Shown here: piece after piece, positions 27,400 through 37,073 of the stretch
How the letters are laid out: each line of letters begins with the position of its first letter
Numbering within the stretch: the first letter of the stretch is position 1
Assembly (NCBI GenBank): GCA_016933695.1
Contig: JAFGAL010000013.1
Location: forward strand, 17,459 to 81,458
Source of the DNA: Candidatus Zixiibacteriota bacterium
GTDB taxonomy: Bacteria; Zixibacteria; MSB-5A5; GN15; PGXB01
DNA: 64,000 nucleotides
Reading direction: 5' to 3'
Notes under the pieces: generated by a model
Told to the model about the DNA's origin: nothing
The model's input: only the letters and a program-made list of their open reading frames with translations
Database searches by the model: none
Translations under genes and position numbers: made by a program

Positions 27400-28161
27400 T
27401 CAGAGCAGTTCCACCAGTTGCTTTTCAATCCACCCCTTGCGTTTGTTTTCAAATATAACCAGGTAATAATTGTCTTTCGCCCGTTCCACCATGAACGTAA
27501 GCCCATATGAACCAACGAATTCCAGATCATGACCCTCGCCTGGTCCGCTGTAGACATTGGCTTCCGGCGCAATCACGACTCCCGTCTCACGCCCATAATC
27601 GGTGCGGTATTTATACGTTGTCATCGCCGATGAAATCAACAACACGATCACCAGAATATACCCGATGATACGTATGCCGATTCCCCCGTAATGCCTGGCG
27701 ATAATCACGCACAGATAGGAAATGAAAACAATAAACAGAATCGATGCCAGCCAGGCCAGCTGGTTGAGCGTAAACGGCTTGACCAGACCATCCATGAACG
27801 TTGTTACCGGATTGATTTGTACCCCCTCCATACTGACCGCCATGAATTGCCGGGCAAATGCCAGGTTGCCGGCGATATCCTCATCGGTCGGATCGAGTCG
27901 TTGGGCGCGAAGGTAGTACAGGATGGCATAACCCGGTTCATCCTGCTTGAAATAACAGTTGCCGATATTAAAATACAGCGGTGCGGAGACATATCCGGCT
28001 TCTTCCAATTTGAGATAATCCGCCAGCGCGGCATCGTATTCCATGTTTTCATAATGACCGGTGGCGGCGGCAAACAGCGAGTCGGCATTTATTTCTGCCG
28101 CCGATACGGATCCGGCCATCAGCACCAGCACCGAGCCAAGTATCAGCAAACATCTAGGCAA
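27400..28161 (-). CDS. batE: BatE-like TPR plus SH3b-domain protein
   Basis: TTG start. It has a signal peptide, TPR repeats, TM helices and a C-terminal SH3-like segment (VYSGPGEGHDLEF...YYLVIFENKRKGWIE). It is the last gene after batD. Confidence 0.7.
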   Translation of the reverse strand: MPRCLLILGSVLVLMAGSVSAAEINADSLFAAATGHYENMEYDAALADYLKLEEAGYVSAPLYFNIGNCYFKQDEPGYAILYYLRAQRLDPTDEDIAGNLAFARQFMAVSMEGVQINPVTTFMDGLVKPFTLNQLAWLASILFIVFISYLCVIIARHYGGIGIRIIGYILVIVLLISSAMTTYKYRTDYGRETGVVIAPEANVYSGPGEGHDLEFVGSYGLTFMVERAKDNYYLVIFENKRKGWIEKQLVELL

Positions 28162-29956
28162 ACCGCACCCCCTCCAGCATGATTAAGACCTCTTCGGCTT
28201 GTTGCAATGAATCCGCGATTTCATCACTTAAAACCTGTGCGGGGGCATATTGGGCAAAATCCGCTCTGCGAAGAATATCGCGCACGCGGTCGAGAACCTC
28301 GCCGGGAGTTCCTGCTTCCTGCATAATCTCCAGCAAGCGGTCACCGGTCAGCCCGTAAGGCGAGATATTGCGTTTGTCGGCCACATAGGAAAACAGCGCC
28401 TGTCTGATCTCGGCATAAAACTCCGCCGGCTTGTTTGCACCGACCAGTTTTTGCGCCGCACCCAGACGTTTTTTGGCCATCTTTTTGGCCGATCGTGACC
28501 GGGCATAGCCGATATCCGACGCCAGTTTCTCGCGGCGTTTGCGATTGATCACCACTGCGGCCAGAAGCAAGACCGGCAGGCTGTTAAGAATCAAATACAG
28601 CGGAGAGAATAGAATCAAGGAACGCTTTTTTTCCAGTTGACCGGGATCGGTCTTGATATACAGAATATCCCTGGCCTTTGGATCGATTACCCGCCCGGGT
28701 GTGCCGGGCATATAGTCGAGATCGGCATAATCAGCGTCTGCGGCTTCAGTAACCGTCAGCACAATCGGTTTGGTGGTGACCCTTTGATACTGCTTTTTTG
28801 CCGGATCGAAGAAATTCAGCGACACGGCCGGAATCGTCAGATTGCCGGCGCGGCGCGGGATAAAAACCTCCTCGAATATCTTGGTCCCGCCGATAATATC
28901 ATTGACCTTCGATATTTTTTCACTGCTTGACGACCGATAGATACGAAAATCATCCATTTCTTCGATGTCCGGTTCCGCAACCGTTTTGATATTGCCGGTT
29001 CCGCTGATTTTATACGTCACGGTCACCGGCTGATTGACCTCGACCGTCCGCTTGTCGGGTATGGCGCTAATCGTAAAATTCCCGACCGTTCCCGAAAAAT
29101 CGCCCGGTTTGTTTTCCGTTGGAAGCGGCTTGACCTGAATCGTGATCGGTTTCGAGGAAATCGTTTTCAATTCGCCGCGTCCGAGCATGTCGAAAATCGA
29201 GGAGCCGAACGGATCGCGGCGCTGGCGCGCACTGGCCGGGACCTGCACCTCTACTGACGCCTTGCCGATGGTCAACTCTCCCGACCGGGTCGGAAAGAGC
29301 GCGGAATTAATCTCGATAACTTTGTACCGTCGCCCCTTGACTGTTTCATAATATGATTTCTGCGGTTCGATCAGGTCGGCCCAAAAATCGGTCGTTTGCG
29401 GTGCACTGTACTCCGGTTGCGAATACAGCCGGACCGCATGATAGAATTTTATCGACAGGGTAACCTGCTCGTTGATATACGCGTTTTTTTTGTTCACCTC
29501 CGCTACCAGGAAGATGTCCTTGTTGTCGCCCTGATCGCTGACCGCTTCATCCTCGACCGACGGCGATGCCGCTGAGCCGCGATCAAGCACCGTCAGCACC
29601 AGTTCGTTGGATTCATACCGATCATGCCCGATGATGATACTGGCCGGCCTGATATTGAAAACGCCCTTGCGTTGCGGCTCCAATAAATACTGGTAGCGCA
29701 ATGACGCTTCGACCCGGCCGTTGACGATGGAGATATTGGTCGAAGTCCCCTGTGAATAGACGTTGAACATCGACAGGTTAGGTAAGGTCGGATTCGGCAG
29801 ATCCTGCTGGGGTCCGGAGACAATCACCGTCAGCAGGACTTCGTCATTCAGTCCGATCGTGTCTTTGCTGAGAGTCATTTCGACCGTGACGTCGTCGGCC
29901 GCCGCCGAGGCAGTCACAATCAAAACAAGCCAGATAACCGTGAACAGATGTTTCAT
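28154..29956 (-). CDS. batD: BatD (oxygen-tolerance) family protein
   Basis: The start was set to ATG 29956 (1-nt overlap with the batC stop). It has repeated beta-sandwich modules, one TM helix and a helical C-terminal domain ending LRRADFAQYAP. The size (~600 aa) is typical of BatD. Confidence 0.8.
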   Translation of the reverse strand: MKHLFTVIWLVLIVTASAAADDVTVEMTLSKDTIGLNDEVLLTVIVSGPQQDLPNPTLPNLSMFNVYSQGTSTNISIVNGRVEASLRYQYLLEPQRKGVFNIRPASIIIGHDRYESNELVLTVLDRGSAASPSVEDEAVSDQGDNKDIFLVAEVNKKNAYINEQVTLSIKFYHAVRLYSQPEYSAPQTTDFWADLIEPQKSYYETVKGRRYKVIEINSALFPTRSGELTIGKASVEVQVPASARQRRDPFGSSIFDMLGRGELKTISSKPITIQVKPLPTENKPGDFSGTVGNFTISAIPDKRTVEVNQPVTVTYKISGTGNIKTVAEPDIEEMDDFRIYRSSSSEKISKVNDIIGGTKIFEEVFIPRRAGNLTIPAVSLNFFDPAKKQYQRVTTKPIVLTVTEAADADYADLDYMPGTPGRVIDPKARDILYIKTDPGQLEKKRSLILFSPLYLILNSLPVLLLAAVVINRKRREKLASDIGYARSRSAKKMAKKRLGAAQKLVGANKPAEFYAEIRQALFSYVADKRNISPYGLTGDRLLEIMQEAGTPGEVLDRVRDILRRADFAQYAPAQVLSDEIADSLQQAEEVLIMLEGVRFA

Positions 29957-30678
29957 CACCAGTCATTCCCCTGGTAGCCGCCCTGCGCCTGATGGCGCTT
30001 GAGATCCTTCTGGATGTCTTTTTCGTCATCCTGAAGGGCGTTCAGGATTCGCTCGGCATCTTCTTTGGTCATTTCGTTCTCATCGACTTCCTGCGGTTGT
30101 TCCTGCTGATTCTGCTGGGGTTGCTCCTGTTGTTGTTCCTGCTGATTCTGGTCCTGCGGCGGTTGCTGTTGATCCTGCTGATCCTGCTGTTGCTGGTCCT
30201 GCTGTTGCTGGTGCTGGTCCTGATTCTGTTGGGGATTGGCCTGCATCTGCTCTTTGAGACGAATCCGCGCCAGTTCGAGATTGTATTTGGCGTCAAGATC
30301 ATCCGGATTCAGTTCCAGCGATTTCTGGTATGCTTGAATCGCCGCCTGGTAGTCTTCCATGCGGAACATGGTGTTGCCGAGATTGTACTGCGCCATGGCT
30401 TCCTGCCCGACATCGACCGTTTCCAGCGATTTCTGCAGTTTTTCTATCGCCTCTTCGTATTTGCCGGTTTTATACAATGTCGTACCGACATTGAAATCGA
30501 GTTCCGGTGTTTCCGGGCGTTCCACTTCCGCTTGATGATAATATTCCAGTGCGGTGTTATACTCCTGTTCGTTGAAAGCAATATTGCCCTTCTCCACCAG
30601 ATTGCTGAAACTGTCCGCAGACGCCGACGACACCAGTATCAGGCTTATTGCCACGATGTAACGCAATATGTTCATCAT
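29956..30678 (-). CDS. batC: BatC-like TPR protein with Q-rich tail
   Basis: 240 aa with a signal peptide, three TPR-like repeats (YNTALEYY, YEEAIEKL, YQAAIQAY) and a Gln/Asp/Glu-rich linker. Confidence 0.75.
   Translation of the reverse strand: MMNILRYIVAISLILVSSASADSFSNLVEKGNIAFNEQEYNTALEYYHQAEVERPETPELDFNVGTTLYKTGKYEEAIEKLQKSLETVDVGQEAMAQYNLGNTMFRMEDYQAAIQAYQKSLELNPDDLDAKYNLELARIRLKEQMQANPQQNQDQHQQQQDQQQQDQQDQQQPPQDQNQQEQQQEQPQQNQQEQPQEVDENEMTKEDAERILNALQDDEKDIQKDLKRHQAQGGYQGNDW
30091..30246 (-). repeat. low-complexity CAG/CAA-rich coding tract (poly-Q/D/E linker of BatC)
   Basis: aa 145-196 read QANPQQNQDQHQQQQDQQQQDQQDQQQPPQDQNQQEQQQEQPQQNQQEQPQ. The DNA shows short imperfect direct repeats (gatcctgct x2, gttgctggt x2). 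Confidence 0.7.
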
Positions 30679-30684
30679 AATATA

Positions 30685-31692
30685 TTACACGTTTTTGCGA
30701 CGTTTTTCCGATATAAAAAATTCACCGATAATAAACAGCAACGCCAGAATCAATGGGTACTGGAACCGGTCTTCATACTGCATCATCAGTTTGCCTTCCA
30801 GCTCCTTCTTTTCCATCCGGGCGATTTCATCGTACACCTTGTCCAGTTCCATCTCACCGGGTGTGGCATGGTAAAATTTGCCCCCGGTCGCCAGCGCGAC
30901 TTTCTGCAAAGTCATATCGTCCAGTTTGGTAACGATCATCTCCCCCTGTTGATCCTTCTTGAACCCGACTCGATTGCCCTGACGGTCAACCACCGGGATC
31001 GGTTCGCCCATCGGCGACCCGATGCCAATCGTGTAAATCTTTACGCCCTGCTTGCGGGCCTCCTCCGCGGCTCCCACCGGGTCGGTATTATGATCCTCGC
31101 CATCGGTTAGCAATACCAGCACTTTATGTTTGCGTTCCTGGCTTTCAAACGCCTCGGTCGCCATGCGAATCGCCGATCCGATAGCGGTCCCCTGCTGAGG
31201 AATCAATCCGACATCGACCACATCGAGAAACATCTCCGCCGCCGAATAATCCAGCGTCAACGGGCATTGTACAAACGCCTCCCCGGCAAACGCCACCAGC
31301 CCGATCCGGTCGCCCTGAAGACGGTCGATAATCCCGCGTACCTCCTGACGGGCTTTGCTGATACGACTCGGCTTCATATCCTCCGCCAGCATTGAATTGG
31401 AAACGTCGATCGCGATGATGAGATCGATCCCCTCCCGCTTCATCATCTCCATATGCGTCCCGCACTGCAGTTGCGACAATGTCAACACCAGAAACAACAC
31501 TCCGGCAATCAACATCGCCGCCTTTCCCCCCTGACGGGCAAATGAAATATGCGGGGAATTCTTCAGTAGCAGTAGCATATCGCCGAATCGTTCCAGTATT
31601 TTTATTTTCCGGCGAATCGCCCAGATATAAAAGACTACCAGAATAACTAAAAGCCCCAACAGGATCAAATTTTCCGGTGATGCGAATCTCAT
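30685..31692 (-). CDS. batB: BatB, VWA-domain membrane protein
   Basis: 335 aa with two N-terminal TM helices, a VWA MIDAS motif (AIDVSNSM) and a C-terminal TM helix. Confidence 0.85.
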   Translation of the reverse strand: MRFASPENLILLGLLVILVVFYIWAIRRKIKILERFGDMLLLLKNSPHISFARQGGKAAMLIAGVLFLVLTLSQLQCGTHMEMMKREGIDLIIAIDVSNSMLAEDMKPSRISKARQEVRGIIDRLQGDRIGLVAFAGEAFVQCPLTLDYSAAEMFLDVVDVGLIPQQGTAIGSAIRMATEAFESQERKHKVLVLLTDGEDHNTDPVGAAEEARKQGVKIYTIGIGSPMGEPIPVVDRQGNRVGFKKDQQGEMIVTKLDDMTLQKVALATGGKFYHATPGEMELDKVYDEIARMEKKELEGKLMMQYEDRFQYPLILALLFIIGEFFISEKRRKNV

Positions 31693-31712
31693 CTTAACCG
31701 CCCACGCTTTCC

Positions 31713-32750
31713 TTATGGTATTTTCCTGAATACGGTTTGTCCAAGGAATATTTCCAGAATCAATAACAACAACCCGGCGTATACCAATGGCGGGAACAAT
31801 TCCCGGTATTGAACATATTCATTCACTTTGATTTCCGTTTTTTCCAACAGGTCGATTTCGTTGTAAATCTGCTCCAGTTCCTCGACCGAACGGGCGCGGA
31901 AATACTTCCCGCCGGTTTTGTCGGCGATTTGACGCAGACTCGCCTCATCGATTTCATTGGGAAGATACACATAGCGTTTGCCGAAAATCGGGTCCTCAAT
32001 CGGATACATGGCATTGCCCGGCTTGCCGACACCGATCGTGTAAATTTTTACGTTCATCGTTTTGGCGATTCCGGCCGCGGTCAGCGGATCGATCTGTCCG
32101 GCGTTGTTCACGCCGTCGGTCAAGAGGACAATCACTTTCGATTTCGACGGTGATTCGCGCAGGCGATTGATGCAGTTCGCCAGCGCCATCCCGATTGCTG
32201 TGCCGTCCTGAATCATGCCGAATTTTACCTGGTCGAGAAACGTCAGCAGGACACCGTAATCCAGCGTCAGCGGACACTGCGTGAACGACGACTGCGAGAA
32301 TACCACTAGCCCGATCCGGTCGCTGTATCGTTTGTTGACGAATTTCTTGATTTCCTCTTTCGCCACATACAGACGGTTTTCCGGCTTGAAATCCTCGGCC
32401 TTCATCGACCCCGAGACATCCAGCGCCAGCATGATATCGATTCCTTCGGATGTCACTTCGCGGTTTTCGGTTCCGGCCTGCGGACGGGCCAGCGCCACCG
32501 CCAGCAGGGCAACCGCGACAATCCGCATGACAGTGAGTATGCCGCGCCATTTCGCCCGGCCGGTTTTGGCCGAACGTTTCACTATTTTCAAATCGCTGTA
32601 CTTAATCGTCGCGGCGTATACCCGGCCCTTTTTCAGACGATACAGCACCATTAAAATGACAATCGCCAGAAAAACCGCGAAAATCGCCAGCGCCGGGACC
32701 GATATTTCATAATCGAACAGCGTGATATGAAATCCTGCGAATCTAAACAC
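31713..32750 (-). CDS. batA: BatA, VWA-domain membrane protein
   Basis: GTG start. 345 aa with a BatA-type N-terminus, a MIDAS motif (ALDVSGSM) and a C-terminal TM helix. Confidence 0.85.
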   Translation of the reverse strand: MFRFAGFHITLFDYEISVPALAIFAVFLAIVILMVLYRLKKGRVYAATIKYSDLKIVKRSAKTGRAKWRGILTVMRIVAVALLAVALARPQAGTENREVTSEGIDIMLALDVSGSMKAEDFKPENRLYVAKEEIKKFVNKRYSDRIGLVVFSQSSFTQCPLTLDYGVLLTFLDQVKFGMIQDGTAIGMALANCINRLRESPSKSKVIVLLTDGVNNAGQIDPLTAAGIAKTMNVKIYTIGVGKPGNAMYPIEDPIFGKRYVYLPNEIDEASLRQIADKTGGKYFRARSVEELEQIYNEIDLLEKTEIKVNEYVQYRELFPPLVYAGLLLLILEIFLGQTVFRKIP

Positions 32751-33753
32751 CGGCGCCCCCTTCCCCGGACACCGCCTCGGTCACCGGCGTCATCGCTTCC
32801 CGTTCCTGCACCTGCCGCCGTATCTGATCCACCATCTCGCGCGCCTCGTTGAAATCGGAGACGATTCGTTCGGTCTCCGGAACGTACTTGGCAAATTTAA
32901 CCAGATCGGCATGTGTCAGAAATGTTTTCGCCCGGTGGTACATCTGCTCACTCATATCCTCGTCAATGACGCGCCCCAGAAACTCTTCCGTTGTCATATC
33001 CATGGCCGCAAAACGATACACCCGCCCGAAAAAGGCCCGCACGATTTCCGTCAGGCGAACATAGTACTGCTTGAATTCACCGGCCGCCGGAAGATCATCC
33101 TGGCCGAGTCGTGCCAGATCCTCAAACGCGATTTCCCAGGGACGACGGGTGTCAACCGGTTCCTCGGCCTGTTTGCGACGATGTCGCCGCCAGAGTACAA
33201 AGCCGATCAGCGCGAGGGCAATCACCGTGACCGCGATGATATAGTACCCCACCGGAACTCCGGCATCGAACGACACCGGCCCCTTGACTTCGCGGATATC
33301 GGCCGTGTCCGCGCCTTCGGCGATCAGCGATTTCACCTTGATCGGCACCGGCTCCGAGATGAGAATCTTACGCACACTGTCGGCGGTGAAAAACTCGATC
33401 GGAATCGGCGGAATGATATAATCACCGGTCGTAAACGTGCTCAGGACGAACCGGCTTTCAAGTTTAACTCGTCCGCCATCGAGTCGTGTCAGATCGTCGG
33501 CCTCATAGTCCTTGACATCGAACGCCCCGAGATTGGCCCCGATCGGCGGTGGCGTCAGTGAAATCGACGAATCATACGTAATCGTCAGGCGATATCGGAT
33601 CAGATCCCCGATATACACTTCGGATCGATCCACCGCGGTTTCGATCGTGATTCCCGGCGCACTCTGCACGGTATCCGGAAGAGTCACGCTTTGTGCAAAC
33701 CCGCCACTTGCCAGCAATACCACTGCTATGATAAGGACTATGATTTTTTTCAT
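32743..33753 (-). CDS. short BatD-architecture protein (beta-sandwich, one TM helix, DUF4381-like helical tail)
   Basis: 336 aa with a signal peptide, a BatD-like module (DRSEVYIGDLIRYRLTI), a TM helix (YYIIAVTVIALALIGFVLW) and a tail ending LTHADLVKFAKYVP, as in BatD. Confidence 0.6.
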   Translation of the reverse strand: MKKIIVLIIAVVLLASGGFAQSVTLPDTVQSAPGITIETAVDRSEVYIGDLIRYRLTITYDSSISLTPPPIGANLGAFDVKDYEADDLTRLDGGRVKLESRFVLSTFTTGDYIIPPIPIEFFTADSVRKILISEPVPIKVKSLIAEGADTADIREVKGPVSFDAGVPVGYYIIAVTVIALALIGFVLWRRHRRKQAEEPVDTRRPWEIAFEDLARLGQDDLPAAGEFKQYYVRLTEIVRAFFGRVYRFAAMDMTTEEFLGRVIDEDMSEQMYHRAKTFLTHADLVKFAKYVPETERIVSDFNEAREMVDQIRRQVQEREAMTPVTEAVSGEGGAGV

Positions 33754-35231
33754 CGTCGTGTATGTATCGTCACTCCGCCTGATTCATAGGCGAACATGTA
33801 CCCTTCATTCAAAACATCCGCATACGCCGGCGGGACCCGGTTGATCGTCACCACCAGTCGCGGTATCTTCTTACTTATCTGATCGCGTAAATAAACATAA
33901 TCGGCCAGTTTGTATTTCATGTATCCGTCATGATCCAACGGCAGGGGATATTCGAATCCCACCAATTCCGTGTAGGGAAGCGGCACCTGCCGTGTCAAAA
34001 ACGGATACCCGGCGTACTCCGCCAGAACGGTATCTGACTGCTCCCCCAAAGACGCCATCTGGCTGGTAATCCTTCGTACTTCCCGCAGAGTGTACATCTT
34101 ATCATCCGGGCGCATGCCTATCAGATACACGCCGCCGTACGGTATCAGCGAGAGAAAATACAACCCCGCAATTATCCCCAGCACCGCGCGGCGCTGAAAT
34201 GGCGTTGCCTCGGCCCGCAGACGCTCCCGCATCGATGAAAACCCGAACGCCGCGACAATAATCCCGAACGCGATAAATTGCTCCACATACTGACGCAGAA
34301 TCGGATTCGGCATGAAATAAATCCCCGCAATCAAAACCAAATTCATCAGTGCCATGCCTTCCGGCGTTGTCACCAGATCACGGATTCCATGCAAGCGACC
34401 GTTTTTCCGCATAATCAATACCGACAGTACCGTCAGTACCGCAATAATCAACAAATGCGGATCTATCACTGTTTTCAACACTGTTAAGGCTTTATTCGTG
34501 AAAATGTACCCCCAACTGTGTTCATCGGCGCGGTGAAGTTGGAATATAAACGTATTAAAGAAAAATCGGTCCGCCGCCGTGATGATTTTCACCGCCGTGG
34601 GAATCGCAAATGGAATCACTGACAGCACCATCGCTCCCATCATCCTTCCCCGACGTGACCGGTCGACGGTCAGCCACAGTGAGATCACATACAGCGGTAC
34701 CAGCACGATAAACACCGCGCGCAAATTCACCAGCGCCGAAAGTGCCAACCCCGTCATGATAACGTACAACAGCCTCTGTTTCCGATAGGTCATCAGCCAG
34801 AAATAAAACGTCGCCAGTGCAAACAAATGACTGAACGCCAACGGCTTGTAAACCGAATGCCAGGAGAGAATCAAGCCCGAAAAGACATACATCCCCAGTG
34901 CCAGAAGTGCCGAGTTCGTATTTTTGGTTGTTTTCAGCACGATCATGAATAGCACCACCGCGGAGAACACGCCTGCCGCCACCGCACATCCGCGCAGAAT
35001 CCAAAACGAATTCCATCCGTCCAGCGCCAGCGGCGCAAACACCGTCGGCATCAATGACAACTGCGTGAAGAAGAAGTCGGTGTATGGCGACATCCCCTGT
35101 CCGATCAGCCGCGTCACATTCAGGTAAAAACCCTCATCGCGACCGAGCACGCGAAAGGCGGCAAACAGAATCAGCAGTCCCACGTGAGCCGTCAGCAAAG
35201 AAGCGAATATGATAAGCGCGCGACGTTTCAT
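33750..35231 (-). CDS. GT-C fold membrane glycosyltransferase (ArnT/PMT-like)
   Basis: 493 aa, polytopic. A first-loop RDEGFY motif is the DE-type signature of GT-C enzymes. ATGA overlap with the downstream gene. Confidence 0.7.
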   Translation of the reverse strand: MKRRALIIFASLLTAHVGLLILFAAFRVLGRDEGFYLNVTRLIGQGMSPYTDFFFTQLSLMPTVFAPLALDGWNSFWILRGCAVAAGVFSAVVLFMIVLKTTKNTNSALLALGMYVFSGLILSWHSVYKPLAFSHLFALATFYFWLMTYRKQRLLYVIMTGLALSALVNLRAVFIVLVPLYVISLWLTVDRSRRGRMMGAMVLSVIPFAIPTAVKIITAADRFFFNTFIFQLHRADEHSWGYIFTNKALTVLKTVIDPHLLIIAVLTVLSVLIMRKNGRLHGIRDLVTTPEGMALMNLVLIAGIYFMPNPILRQYVEQFIAFGIIVAAFGFSSMRERLRAEATPFQRRAVLGIIAGLYFLSLIPYGGVYLIGMRPDDKMYTLREVRRITSQMASLGEQSDTVLAEYAGYPFLTRQVPLPYTELVGFEYPLPLDHDGYMKYKLADYVYLRDQISKKIPRLVVTINRVPPAYADVLNEGYMFAYESGGVTIHTRR

Positions 35232-35233
35232 CG

Positions 35234-36166
35234 TTACCGCAAATGCTCCTCGAATATCTGCACCTTGTCAACCGCCCCCAGTTTGTTCACATGTTCATTG
35301 ATCATCTGCTGGAATTTCTCCTGTTGATAATCGCGCATCACGGTATCCCGCACGTCATCGTACGTTTTGTCGTCATACCGGTCACCCTTGTGCGCCAGAT
35401 AGTAATTGTGCACGTCCGCGGTGTCGATCCTCCCTTCCGGCATGATCCGTTCGGTGATGTATTTTTCCAAAAGCAATTGCTTTTCAAGATTCCTCTGCCT
35501 TTGTATAAACTCCGGATCGGTGTCCATCCCCTCGCGGATCGCCGCGCGGTGAATCAACTCCCAACTCAGATATTTGTTCAATGCCGCCAGTTTGCCCTCG
35601 CGGCTGGTGAACTGCTTCTGCATCTCCGGCGGCATGTTTTGCAGTTCGTCTTCCAGTTGCGACAAAAACACCGGCTGATCGCCGATCTTGGCCACCAGCG
35701 GATCGCCCTCATGTTCGGCATACACCGAGTCGAAATTGGCCTCCCGGTCCAGTTCGCGCTTGGCATCGAGGACCCGCCCCATTTTCTCCAATGATGCGAT
35801 TAAGCTACGCCCGGCCTCGTCGTAAAATGATCCGTCGGGATTGAGTGAGCGCGCCCGGACAAAATAGGCCGCGGCGTTTTCATAATCGAACAGGTCATTG
35901 AAATATATCTTCCCGATCAGATAGTTGATATTGGCGCGCGTCACGACATCCAGCGTCGGATCATCGAGAATCCCCTGGTATTCTGCGATCGCCCCACGAT
36001 GCAGATTGTACTCGGTCAATTCGCCCGCGATGCTCTTCTCGGCGGCGTAATCACGCGCCGGTCCGCCACCCGATGTCGTCGCCAGCATATATATCACCAC
36101 TGCCAGTATCACGACTGAAAACAGCAGACTGATAAGCGATAAAGATGATCCTTTGGCATTCGCCAT
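35234..36166 (-). CDS. membrane-anchored protein with TPR-like and SurA-N-like chaperone-type regions
   Basis: 310 aa; ATG is preceded by GGGAG. It has an N-terminal TM anchor and a helical region resembling the SurA N-terminal/PpiD-like domain, with no PPIase core recognisable. The assignment is weak. Confidence 0.5.
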   Translation of the reverse strand: MANAKGSSLSLISLLFSVVILAVVIYMLATTSGGGPARDYAAEKSIAGELTEYNLHRGAIAEYQGILDDPTLDVVTRANINYLIGKIYFNDLFDYENAAAYFVRARSLNPDGSFYDEAGRSLIASLEKMGRVLDAKRELDREANFDSVYAEHEGDPLVAKIGDQPVFLSQLEDELQNMPPEMQKQFTSREGKLAALNKYLSWELIHRAAIREGMDTDPEFIQRQRNLEKQLLLEKYITERIMPEGRIDTADVHNYYLAHKGDRYDDKTYDDVRDTVMRDYQQEKFQQMINEHVNKLGAVDKVQIFEEHLR

Positions 36167-36180
36167 TTCGTCAACTCCCG

Positions 36181-37056
36181 TCAGTGCCGCCTCTCGCGCA
36201 TCTTGAAAAAGGTTATCAGCGGCACGATATATGATTCATTGGTGATAATCTGGATAAAATCGACGTCGATCAAACGCAGGGCGTACTGCAAATCGGTGCT
36301 GTCGCGCCGAGCGCGGTCGGCGAAATCATTACGAAACGACCGCGATCCGGTATCGATAATCACGGTCTCACCCGTCTCGGCGTCCTCAAGTTCAATCAGC
36401 CCCACATTATCGAATGCCAACTCGCGCGGATCGGAAATCTTCATCGCGATAATGTCATGCTTGCGGTTGGCGATCTGAAGCGGTTTGAGATAATGTTCCG
36501 AAAGAAAATCCGAAATTAAAAACACTACCGATTTCTTCTTGATCACCCGATTGAAATATTCCAGCGCACCGGAGATATCGGTCCCCGTCCCGGTCGGTTT
36601 GAAAGAGAGAATCTCACGAATCAGCCGCAGAACATGGGCGCGGCCTTTTTTCGGCGGAATGAACTTCTCGATCCGATCGGTGAAAATAATCATTCCGACC
36701 TTATCATTGTTTTTGATTGCCGAAAACGACAGCAAGGCACACAGCTCGGCGGCGGTCTCCTCTTTGAACCGATCGCGGGTGCCGAAATGCCCCGATGACG
36801 ACATATCGACCAGGAAGATCACCGAAAGTTCGCGTTCTTCGCGGAATTTCTTGACATGCGGATACCCGGTGCGTGCCGTCACGTTCCAGTCGATCAGGCG
36901 GATATCATCACCGGGCTGATAGTGACGAACCTCCTCGAATTCCATCCCCTGTCCCTTGAACGTGGAATGGTACTCACCGGAAAACAGGTCGTTCACCAGC
37001 CGCTTGGTGCGTATTTCTATCCGTCGGATATTCTTAAAAACTTCCTTCTGATCCAT
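36181..37056 (-). CDS. DUF58 family protein (MoxR-associated, VWA-like)
   Basis: 291 aa. GEYHSTFKGQGMEFEEVRHYQPGDDIRLIDWNVTAR is the canonical DUF58 N-terminal motif. Confidence 0.9.
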   Translation of the reverse strand: MDQKEVFKNIRRIEIRTKRLVNDLFSGEYHSTFKGQGMEFEEVRHYQPGDDIRLIDWNVTARTGYPHVKKFREERELSVIFLVDMSSSGHFGTRDRFKEETAAELCALLSFSAIKNNDKVGMIIFTDRIEKFIPPKKGRAHVLRLIREILSFKPTGTGTDISGALEYFNRVIKKKSVVFLISDFLSEHYLKPLQIANRKHDIIAMKISDPRELAFDNVGLIELEDAETGETVIIDTGSRSFRNDFADRARRDSTDLQYALRLIDVDFIQIITNESYIVPLITFFKMRERRH

Positions 37057-37073
37057 GACTGCCCGCCCGCGTA

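Noticed and set aside
30091-30246. CRISPR array or other interspaced repeat
   Set aside because: The only repetitive DNA other than the tandem gene duplication is this in-frame coding microsatellite-like tract. I saw no regularly spaced 25-40-bp repeats anywhere.
29992-31110. 372-aa plus-strand ORF with a long poly-Leu stretch
   Set aside because: It is the complement of the BatC poly-Gln tract and the BatB coding sequence. The low-complexity Leu run is an artefact of CAG/CAA repeats on the other strand.
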